DNA of 55,119 nt from Octopus sinensis. Lineage: Eukaryota. The notes beneath the pieces are model-generated. The model was not told the DNA's origin and did not search any database. It was given only the letters and a program-made list of their open reading frames with translations. The stretch is from contig NW_021833841.1 of NCBI RefSeq assembly GCF_006345805.1, positions 1 through 55,119 on the forward strand. The letters are read 5' to 3'. Shown here piece after piece: positions 14,235-24,560 of the stretch; positions within the stretch are counted from its first letter, which is position 1, and each line of letters starts with the position of its first letter. The translations under genes were made by a program, and so were the position numbers.

Positions 14235-15150
14235 ATGGCAGCGAGCTGGAAGAATCCTTAGCACGCCAGATAAAAATTCTTAACCGACATTACGTCCGTC
14301 TTTGTGTTTCAGTCCGAATGTCGTTGCGGTCGTCGTCGTCTTCTTCTTCTTCTTCTTCTTCTTCTTCTTCTTCTTCTTCTTCTTCTTCTTCTTCTTCTTC
14401 TTCTCTTCTCCTCCTCCTCCTCCTCCTCCTTCTTCTTCTTCTTCTTCTTCTTCTTCTTCTTCTTCTCTTCTTCTTCTTCTTCTTCTCCTCCTCCTCCTCT
14501 TCCTCCTCCTTCTTCTTCTTCTTTCAATCAGGACTCACGCCATTAGCCACAAAGAACAATCTCTAATTAGAGCCTACTCTAAGCTACAAAGAAGCTACAA
14601 AGAATGCGTGTGGCAACTTGAAGATCCACCCACCACACGCGATAGACTGGCGGTTGCACACGGCGCGAAAGCTACGTTGTTATCCTCATTCTGTAAACGG
14701 TTGGCTTTAACGGGGTGGAGAGCTGAACCATCCTGGGGTACAGAGGATTCGCAATCTAGACTAGGGTCTGAAAGTTTACCACACCATAGTGGGTTACACC
14801 ATGGTTCCTCTGCTTTGTGACAGAAGTAGAAAGAAGAAGTGAGAAAAAGTTGTGGTGAAAGAAAACAGCGGGTTTCACCACCATCCCCCGCCGGAGCCTC
14901 GAGGAGCTTAGGTGTTTTTGCTCAATAATCACACACAATGCCCGGTCTGGGAATCGAAACTGCGTTCTTACGACCGCGAGTCCGCCGCCCTAACCACTGG
15001 GCCATTGCACCTCCACTGTCGTTGCGGTTGACTTTGCCTTTCACCTTTTAGGGGTTTATAAAACAAATATCAGCTGAGCACTGGGGTCAATGTAATCGAT
15101 TTACCCACTGCACCGAAATTCCTGGCCTTGTAGCAAAATTTGAAACCATT
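14235..15150 (+). mobile_element. Older SINE group C copy split by the head A + tail 3 insertion
   Basis: Head at 14235-14330; body resumes at 15017 (gttgactttgcctttca...). Confidence 0.7.
14331..15016 (-). mobile_element. SINE head A + tail 3 with (GAA)n tail and 12-bp TSD
   Basis: Head A at about 14830-15016, unique 3' module at about 14525-14830, (TTC)n at 14340-14523. TSD tgtcgttgcggt at 14319-14330 and 15017-15028. Confidence 0.85.
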
Positions 15151-15162
15151 ACTATTGCTGTC

Positions 15163-15747
15163 AAGGCGGCGAGCTGGCAGAAACGTTGGCACGCCGGGCG
15201 AAATGCCTAGCGGTATTTCGTCTGCCGCTACGTTCTGAGTTCAAACTCCATCGAGGTCGACTTTGTCTTTCATCCTTTCGGGGTCGATTAAATAAGTACC
15301 AGTTACGCACTGGAGTCGATATAATCGACCTAATTTGTATGTCTGTCCTTGTTTGTCCGCTCTGTGTTTAGCCCCTTGTGGGTAGTAAAGAAATAAGTAT
15401 TTCGTCTGCAGCTGCGTTCTGAGTTCAAATTCCGCCGAGGTCGACTATACCTTTCATCCTTTCGGGGTCGATAAATTAAGTACCAGTGATGCACTGAGGT
15501 CGATGAAATCGACTTAATCCGTTTGTCTGTATTTGTTTGTCCCCTCTATGTTTAGCCCCTTTTGGGTAGTAAAGAAATAGGTATTTCGCCCGTCGCTACG
15601 TCCTGAGTTCAAATTCCACCAAGGTCGACTTTGCCATTCATCATTTCGGGGTCGATAAATTAAGTACCAGTGAAACACTTGCGTCGATGAAATCGACTAT
15701 TCCCCTCCCCCAAATTTCAGGCCTTGTACCTATAGTAGAAAGAATTA
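15163..15747 (+). mobile_element. SINE group C array: head + 2x(body+X) + body+Y, 184-bp period
   Basis: Body starts (g/a)gtatttcg at 15212, 15396 and 15580. Confidence 0.9.
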
Positions 15748-15749
15748 TA

Positions 15750-15781
<32 letters not shown>

Positions 15782-16338
15782 GAGTGAGAGAGCAATGCAT
15801 GCCATCAAAGTGACACTGGAGTAAAATATATGAAGCCCAGTATACCCATCATGACTACCCGTCTGATAAGGGTACACTTGGCACATGCATAACAACCATG
15901 TGTGCGCGACATGGTGATCTCATATCAAGATAATTAGCGCATGACCCTGCAGGTGGGGCCCAGTTAGAATTTTCTTCAGGTCGAGTAACCCATCCCGCTC
16001 AAAAGGTCCCTGAATAAGGGTTGTTTAAGGATGTTGAATGAAACACCCATGTTTCCAGAGGTGAATTATTCAAACCCCGAAGAATCCCTCTCAACACATG
16101 GCTATGATGCTCCACCACTACTTCTGCTCGTGATCAGAGGTGCACATATCGTCAGCCACTAAAGGACATGATCAACTTGTTACGGTCAAACAACTGACAA
16201 GCAAATCTGTGCTATTGAGCAGAATATTTGCTGTAGCCTATCTTTTATACCAGACAAAACAATGTACATGATAACACTTCCAATCAGTTAATATCAGAAG
16301 CCATGAGAGTCACTGTCTGGTAATACATCAGGGCATTT
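15782..16338. repeat. Unclassified non-coding interspersed element flanked by (TTA)n; second partial copy at 38128-38375
   Basis: 16070-16310 aligns with 38130-38370; no ORF recognised. Confidence 0.7.
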
Positions 16339-16351
16339 ATTATTATTATTA

Positions 16352-16437
<86 letters not shown>

Positions 16438-16440
<3 letters not shown>

Positions 16441-17148
16441 TAGTTTTATTTTTATAGCGTGCTTGCACTTCACTACCGAGCGCAGCTCTGTGTGCCTTGG
16501 GTATGTGCTGTGATTTGTTGTGATGCTCTGATGGTTATTGTATGGAAAGTGTTCTGCGTAGGATGTGTGCAGTGCCTAGTAGTGCAATTTTCTGTATGTT
16601 ATACGTGTTTGTAAGTCCTGGTGTTTTTGTTATGTATTTGTCTGAATATTTTTTTATCATGCCTAATGCACCTACTATGATAGGAATTGTTTCTGTTTTT
16701 AGATTCCACATTCTGGTTACCCTATTTCCAGGTCTTTGTATTTTGAGAGTTCTCCATTTCTTTTAGAGACACGTTGTCATCTGCCGTATTGATACATCTA
16801 TTAGAAAGCATTTTTTTCTTCATGATCTCTGACAACTATATCTGGTCTGTTGGCCTTAATTTCTCTATCTGTGTGTATCGGCATATCCCAGAGTATGGTT
16901 GCTTTCTCGTCTTCTGTGACCTTTTCTGGTTTGTGCCTATACCATCTTTTTTCTGTTGTTATTCCATAATGTTGGCATAGCTTCCAATGTATGTAAGTTC
17001 CAACTCTGTCATGTCTGTGAATATATTCCTTCTTAGCCAGGACTGGGCAGCTAGAGATAATATGATTTATTGTTTCTTGTCCATCTCCACATATTCTGCA
17101 GTTACTTGCTATATTTCTTTTCATTACATGTTTTTGGTAATTTCTGGT
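16438..17148 (-). mobile_element. 5'-truncated R4/Dong-like LINE (CCHC + restriction-like endonuclease, 3' UTR, (TAA)n tail)
   Basis: CRICG..ETINHIISSC..RHD..RPDI; continues IDVSIP..KYKDL..PIIIGALG..; stop at 16535-16537; (TTA)n on both sides. Confidence 0.85.
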
Positions 17149-17193
17149 AATTTATTATTATTATTATCATTATTATTATTATTATTATTATTA

Positions 17194-17237
<44 letters not shown>

Positions 17238-17263
17238 CATCATCATTATTAGTATTATTATTG

Positions 17264-17492
17264 AAGGCGTCGAGCTGGCAGAATCGTTAGCATTCTGGGC
17301 AAAATGCTTAGTGGTATTTCGTCCGTCTTTACGTTCTGAATTCAAATTCTGCTGAGGTCGGCTTTGCCTTTCATCTTTCAGAGTCGATTAAATAAGTAAC
17401 AGCTATGCACTGGGTTCCATCTAATCAACTTACCCCCACCACCACCACCACCGCCCAAAACAATTTCGGGCCTTGTGCTTCGAGTAGAAAGG
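17264..17492 (+). mobile_element. SINE group C (head + body + Y)
   Basis: Similar to the other group C copies. Confidence 0.8.
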
Positions 17493-17521
17493 ATTATTAT
17501 TAACCGTGCTGCAGCTGCTGT

Positions 17522-17553
<32 letters not shown>

Positions 17554-17812
17554 ATATATTATATATATATATATATTATATATATATATATTATATATTA
17601 TTATAAGGATCCAGACTAGCAAAATCCTTTAGGACATCAGAAGCAATGCCCGCGGCATTTGCTCCTGCTCTGTCCTTTCTAAGTTAAAATGCCACCCGGG
17701 TCAGCTTCGACTATCATCCTTTCGGACTTTGTTATATAAAGTATCAGTCGTGGTGTACTCCTTTCCTAAAAACGTCTGGCATTGGGCCAATAGTAGAAGC
17801 AACTAGCATCAC

Positions 17813-17815
<3 letters not shown>

Positions 17816-17864
<49 letters not shown>

Positions 17865-17871
17865 TTCATCG

Positions 17872-17903
<32 letters not shown>

Positions 17904-18074
17904 GTCGTCGTCGTCATCATTGTCATCATCATCATCATCATCGTCATCATCATCATCATCATCATCGTCATCATCGTCATCACCATCATCATCATCATCA
18001 TCATCGTCATCGTCATCATCATCATCATCATCATCACCCATCATCATCATCATCACCACCACCATCATCATCAA

Positions 18075-18110
<36 letters not shown>

Positions 18111-18140
18111 TATCATCACCATCACCATCATCATCATCAT
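17816..18140. repeat. (CAT)n microsatellite with CGT/CAC variants
   Basis: Directly visible. Confidence 0.95.
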
Positions 18141-18234
18141 CACGTTGGAAATCAATATTTCAAACCTATTTTTCTATTCCTCTTTTACAGCAACTCCTTA
18201 AATCTTCTAATCAGTATTATTCCCGACACGGGTG

Positions 18235-18535
18235 ATTCAGAGGACTTATCATAGAAAGGAATAGATGAGAAGAGGAACTAGTTAGCAAATTAGAAGAAAT
18301 GATTAAAAAGGGCATTGCGACCGATGTGTTAGCGGTGAGAATGGTCCTTGACCATTTCTTCGAAGCGAAATACAAAGGTTGCGTTATCAGAGCTAAAGCC
18401 CGTGCGCCCACACAGGAAGAAACTAAGACTCTGAACTACATGAAAACAAAAGCACAATCAGGTCTTTGACGAATAGGGATGGGTGCGTGCTACGCGGCTC
18501 TGTGCAGATGTGTGCGGCTTTTCAGCAGCACTTCG
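18235..18535 (+). pseudogene. Internal Tx1-like ORF2 fragment (linker between endonuclease and RT)
   Basis: LVSKLEEMIKKGIATDVLAVRMVLDHFFEAKYKGCVIRAKAR..IRSLTNRDG..QMCAAFQQHF versus LVKKLDEALDTGIATDVLAARLALDQHFDA..EGCVVRAKAR..IRSLVDQNG..QMCTVLQRHF at 25500-25790. Confidence 0.8.
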
Positions 18536-18556
18536 GTGATGGGTCGACGACGGTAC

Positions 18557-18598
<42 letters not shown>

Positions 18599-18652
18599 GG
18601 TTGTTGTCGTCGTCATCGTCATCATCATCATCATCATCATCATTATTATTAT

Positions 18653-20490
18653 TGCCTTTGCACGCCTTCTAACGCTGGAAATGTACTACAGTGTCAGTTG
18701 TTCACTACCAGTGAACTCAGGTAACACATCTTATTTTTCGAGCACCTTCCGGAGTATTCGAGCGGTTCCAAGCAGTGCTGTTTTCTGCAAGTGTTCCACT
18801 CTTATTGCATCCCCTATTTGTTCCATGTGCTTCTCAAGATTTTTACTCACTGTTCCCAGGGCTCCGACAATTATTGGTACTACTACCATCTTTTTCATCC
18901 ACCACAACTGCTAAACCTCCCAAGCTAACATGTCATATCTCTCGATTTTCTTTCTTCCTTATCGCATACCTTGTTGTCAGCTGGGCATGCTATATCTATG
19001 ATCCAGCATAGTTTGATTTCTTTCTCAATTATGACTATGTCTAGCTTCCTATTCTCTATCTCATTGTTGCACTGAATCATAAAACCCCACAGGATCTTTG
19101 TATTATCATTTTCTATGATACCTTCGGATTTGTGGTCGTACTCATTTTTTACTCTGCCAAGTCCATACTTGTTGCAAAGTGTCCAATGAACAAGCCTGGC
19201 TATATTGTCATATCTCTTATATTCCTTCTGGGCTAGTGGCGTATATAGGCTGGTAATATGCCACACGGTTTCACTATTTTGTCCAAAGATTCTGTACTTA
19301 TCACTTTCTGATGTGTTGTTTATTCTGTATTTTATGTAGTTTGTTCTTAGTGCTTGCTCTTGGGCAGCACAGATTAGAGACTCCGTTTCCGGTTTTAAAT
19401 CCATTTAGTCATCCACAGCTATATTTTTCCCTGTCTGTCTTATCTTCAGCATCCCTATGAAATTGTCCGTGCATTCTTTTCTTTACCCACCTACTTTCAG
19501 TGCGCAATTACCAGTGTTTGTAGTCTTGCCTATATTCTGTCGTAGATTGACTTTTGTTCATCTGCCATGGTGCCATTAGGTTTATTGTCTTCTTTTATGT
19601 CATCTATATGTCTCTCATCAAGTAAGCTACCACTGCTCCTTTCCTGTGTTATGAGATTACTCTTATTAGTAAGAACTGCATTTTCATCGTTATCTCTACT
19701 GCTATTTTCCAAGACCCGTCTTTTGATAGCTTCGAGCTCTACTTCTGTAAACCAACGATTTTTTCTTATTGCTCTAGCTTGATCACATAGTCTCTGTTAC
19801 GTGAGTTGAAACCATCTCTTTTCCCTCCAATGATCATACATACGTTGTCGGTAACCCCTAATTTGAGCACCATTTTCATCTACCGAGCTGCTCAGGTAGT
19901 AACACTCCATGACCACAGCATTAATTTGCTTGTTCTATCTACGCCGTGTGTGGTAGTCCCTTTCTGGATATCGACAGGCTGGAGCCGGACCAGAATCTCT
20001 GAGCCTGCCGAGTGCAACACTGTCACCATCAATGGCCTCAGTTTCATTACCAATGTTATTCACAATATTTTGTTTTTTTTTCATTGTCACTCATATGAGG
20101 TAGCGATTACCTGGTTGCGCAATTACCAGTGTTTTTATTGTGACACCATCACTAGATGTATCGTTAATCAGGACATGGAGGGACTCCTCCAGTTTCCTTT
20201 CATTATTATTATTTTCATCATCATTGATATCACTGATATCAGTAATTATTTTTTTTTGCTATTTGTCATTGTTATTATTAACAGACTCAGACGTTACACA
20301 GGCCTATGCAGGGCAGAGGTAGCACCAATTTCCAGTGCTGTTCACATGGACAGCCGCATAGAAAATTATACTATTTGATCTGGCCTTCCTCAGCTATGTT
20401 CTGTCATGCAGAACGACTTTCCAGAGAGTTCATTGCTCACTTGTAATATTCGGTATACACACAGTCTTCCATCGCCGTTGTGAGTTACTG
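18653..20490 (-). mobile_element. Second R4/Dong-like LINE family: 5' region + N-terminus fused to C-terminus, RT domain missing
   Basis: ATG at 20084; VMECYYLS..RGYRQRMYDHW..QRLCDQARAIRKN..ELEAI joined at about 19500 to WVKKRMHGQF..LKPETESLICAAQEQAL..PIIVGALG..; stop at 18731-18733; (AAT)n tail. The 5' boundary is approximate. Confidence 0.8.
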
Positions 20491-21129
20491 CCTTTATTGT
20501 TGTAATTGTTGTATCTATGTGCAGTAGCATCAGTGGTGGCAGTAGCAGCAACAGTAGTAGGGTTGGGGTAGTGGTAGTAGTGGTAGTTGGGCCTCAGATT
20601 CCTGTACCATCAGAAAACTCGTAGTTGTAGTATTGACAACTGCAGCATATTATCATTATTTTAATTTTTATCATTATCACCCTCACCACCACTACTATTG
20701 TTATTTCCACTATTACTATTTCCATTTATTATTAAAAGATTTTATTAAATGTTCTTTATTTTCAAATTTTGTCCTGTACTTGAGATAATCGTAAATATGT
20801 GGTTGTTGGAAGAAACAGTTGTTGGAAGAAACAATTGTTGGAAGACTAGCAGCTTGGTGAATAGATCAAATTCTACAGGTCTATAAATAGATTCGGCAGA
20901 TGGTGGGAGGTCAACCATACATAGAGATAAAATAATTTTTGCACCCTTTGGGTCAGCAGAGATCAAATGTGTTTACTACTACCAGCGACTAGTGAGAGCG
21001 CTGCCATTGGCCTTGAAAGGAGCAATTCAACCTGTTTTATTTGTAATTACTGGTAGAAAAAACAATTTTAACATATATATATATACTGATATTCACGTCG
21101 TTGAGTTTTTGAATTTCTGAATTCAATTT

Positions 21130-22285
21130 TGTTATTGCAATAGAAGGTATGTTTACATATTTGTGTAGGCAGGGGTAAGTTTCTCACAAAATTTGATATA
21201 TTAAAGTTTTAAAGTTTTCTTGAGGTGTTCGTTTGTCTGTCCAGTTGGAGAATACAGTCGTATTTTTGCAATGAAAAAGATGGTTACATTTTCGAATACA
21301 CAGGTAGAAAGGAAAGGAAAGAATAGGAAGGTAAAACTTTAAAAGAAAATTGTAGATATTAAGATTTTAAAATTTACTGGAGATGATCTTTTGTCTGTCC
21401 GAACAGAGAAAACTGTAGTGTTCTTGGAATAAAGAGGATGCTTACATTTTCAAATACTCAGGGAGAAAGGAAAGGATAGGTATTCAAAGAAGTTGTAGAT
21501 ATTAACGTTTGTTTTTTTAAAGCTGATCGTTTGTGTGTTCGAAAGCTGTAGGTATGTAAGTTTCCTAATTTATTTTGAGGGAGATTTGAACTATTCACAA
21601 GAAATAGCAGGTATTCCAGTAGGAGGAAGAGATGTTCTTCTTGATTTTTTTCATTTCTGAATTTCTTTTTCTTTTGGAATTTTTTCTTTTCTTTTTAAAA
21701 GGTTTGCTGTGGTTTACAGTTTTTGTAGTTGTGCAGTATGTATATATTAGCAGGTGCTTACCTCCTTAATTTTTCGCTTTTTTTTTTCGTGCATAAAATT
21801 GTGTTGTTACAATAAAAAGCATGTTTATATATTCGGGTAGTCAGGGAAAAAGAAAAAATAAGATGTTCACACAAAATTAGAGATACTAAAGTTTCTAAAT
21901 TTCTTTTGATATGTTAGTTTGTATGTCCGTTCAGAGAAGACTGTAGTGTTTTTGCAATAAAAAGGATGTTTACATTTTCAAATACTCAGGGAGAAAGGAA
22001 AGGAAAGAAAAGGAAGGTAAAATTTTAACAGAAAATTGTAGATATTAAGGTTTTACAATTTACTGGAGGTGATCTTGTCTGTCCGAACAGAGAAAGCTGT
22101 AGTGTTCTTGGAATAAAGGGAGAGAGGAAAGATAGGTATTCACAGAAGTTGTAGATATTAAAGTTATTTTTAATAGCTTTAATAGTTGATCGCTTGTGTG
22201 CTCGAAAACTGTAGATGTGTAAATTCCTTAACTTATTTTGAGGGAAATTCAAAATACTCACCGGAAATTGTAGATATTCCAGTCT
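21130..22285. repeat. Diverged higher-order repeat: two blocks about 660-690 bp apart, each with four 115-155 bp subunits
   Basis: Anchor tgtagatatt at 21351, 21494, 22037, 22150 and 22269, with degenerate copies near 21200, 21610 and 21880. Confidence 0.75.
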
Positions 22286-22644
22286 TTGGGAGTTAGTTTT
22301 CAGTTGTCCTGCTGGGTTGTATAAGTGTTTCTGCGTCTTCAGCTGCTGACAGGTCAGTACAGCGAAAAACACGTCCAGCTGCTATTATTATTATTATTAT
22401 TAGATCTTTCCGACGCCGATAGACGTACGTGAATCAGCTCCGTGAATTTGACACCAATTTCATTGGAAATCTATTAATAGGTTTGAATATTTTTTAATAT
22501 TTTTGTAGCCAAACCGACCGCTTCTTCTTGCGGAGCTCGTCGGTTGGGCGAAATTTTGCCCCATTCGGGGTGATGAAATTGCGTTTTTGAAAACTTGAAC
22601 ATTTGACATTTTTCAACATTTTGAATATTACAACAAAAAAAAAC

Positions 22645-24521
22645 ATGGCTATGAAGCGAACAGTTGGCTGTTCCTTCCTTCAAGATACACTCCCTCCGCA
22701 AACACACACAACTCGTACAAAACACCCACTTCACGCCTTAAAAGGCAACAAAGATTCTCCTTCCGAACCGCAGAGCACGCGCTCGGTTCAAAAGGAGAAT
22801 GCTAGTCATGACGTCGCGTTCGACGTAATTCTTGATTTTCCCCCTCTGCCTTCACCCAATGCTTTGGTAAGGAAGGAGGAGAGGAAAAAAAAACAAATAC
22901 AAAAATCATCACAACATTGACACGGAGATAAAAGAAAAAACTTCCAACAATTTTGCTCTTGCTGCGAAGCAAATTTCGGAGGAAGTTAAGATAACTCTAG
23001 AAGATGTGAAAAGAGCGAAGGAATTGTAAGGAAGGATGGCAATGGTATCTTCCTCAATACTCCACAAGAGGTGATTGAAAGCACCAACAAGCAAACAATA
23101 ATTTACAAAGTTTTCGACAGAAAACTAAAAAGAATAACAAATGCCACACCCCAACAGTTGGAGATAGCTCTAAAGCCCATTTGGGCCCAAAAGAGCTACG
23201 TAACCAAGGGGAAGCGTTTTGGAACCGTGGAGGTTCGCTTCCCAACAGAGAGCTGGCAAGGGCGAACGCCATTTCGCCCTTGCAAACTGAGAATTTGTTA
23301 CTAATTCCAACCCACCTCGGGCGAAGAGTGACAAAAATAAAAATCGACCTCGTCCCCCTGAGCTAAATATGTCATGGCTGGTGGCAGCTGTCCTCTATGA
23401 TATAGAGGACACTACCACCATTCTAGATGTCAGGAGAGAGAGGGCGAAAAACTGGTTGGGGATGGGAGTGCTGCTTCTTGCGCAAATTCAGCAAGAGAAT
23501 ATAAGTAAAGTCCCTGATTTCGTAAGTTTGCCGGACGGCACCAGGCTAAACGTTGCTGTGGAGGGGCGAAAGCCAAAATGTTTTCTCTGCAGCAGCGAAA
23601 GCCACTTAAAGAGGGACTGTCCCATTCACAAAAAGAGGATGGAGGCTTTCAGCAAGAGGCAGCAGCAACAACAACAACAACAACAACAACAACACAAGCA
23701 ACAACAACAGAAAACAAACAAAAACAGCAAGAGAAACACCAAAGGCTGCCACACCACCAACACCATCACCAACACCAGCACCAAGACGAGCAACACCACC
23801 TCCAACAACAACAACACCACCAAACCAACCAACACCGACAACCACCACCAACCAACACCGACACCAGTACCTCGAAGGTCGACAGCAGCGACATCAACAG
23901 TAACAGGAGCAGCGGCACCACCGATACCGGTGGAACCAGAAACTTTTCGTCCTGCTACTGAAGCAGACCCCTCAACCATTCCTTTGCCGGATGAAGAGAT
24001 CTCGGATTGTGCGAGCTCGATTCCAACAAAGGAGAATGGAACATAGTACCTCCAAAAAAGAAAAGGAGGAAAAAACAAAAAGATTACAGGGAAGCACGAA
24101 CAAACAGTACTTCCCAACATCAACAACAACATCAACAACAACACCACACTCACAACAACAAACAACAACAACAACACTTTCGACACCACTACTGCCACTA
24201 CCACAGACACAAACAAACACAGACACAATTACAGACACGATTACAGCAGTGAATACAAGAAACCAGGAACTGGTTGAGTATTTGAAAAACAAAACAAGCA
24301 CAAACATTACAGATTTCATAATACCTACACACAACACACCACCAGCACACATTCTCACAATTAAAATAAACAAAACAGTTTACAACGAAATAAAACAAAT
24401 ATTCCCTAACGATGTGGGATCGTTAGGGAAAAGTTTCTCTCAGAAACTTTACAAAAATATTATTGAAGCACCCGTGCAAAAGCACAAGGGAGCCACCCCC
24501 ACCACCAACAACAGTAAGTAG
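22645..24521 (+). pseudogene. Tx1 ORF1 (gag-like, CCHC zinc knuckle, Q/T-rich tail), frameshifted
   Basis: CFLCSSESHLKRDC (CX2CX4HX4C) at 23579-23620; stitched across several frames; the 3' end is inferred. Confidence 0.8.
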
Positions 24522-24560
24522 AGCCTTTTTTCTCCTTTTTTTTCCCCTAACTTTTGAAAC

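Noticed and set aside
15163-15747. CRISPR-like array
   Set aside because: The 184-bp units are wholly repeated SINE bodies with no unique spacers, in a eukaryotic context.
20811-20865. Three 16-bp tandem repeats (gttgttggaagaaaca)
   Set aside because: An ordinary short minisatellite with nothing to suggest function.
22025-22372. LRR-like LNFPQNKLRNL in the minus-strand ORF
   Set aside because: It is a single motif, the paralogous subunits are not open, and there is no 24-aa periodicity.
22508-22572. Stem-loop in the Tx1 5' UTR as an HDV-like ribozyme
   Set aside because: The hairpin is real (10 of 11 pairs), but P1, P4 and J4/2 cannot be placed in HDV order.
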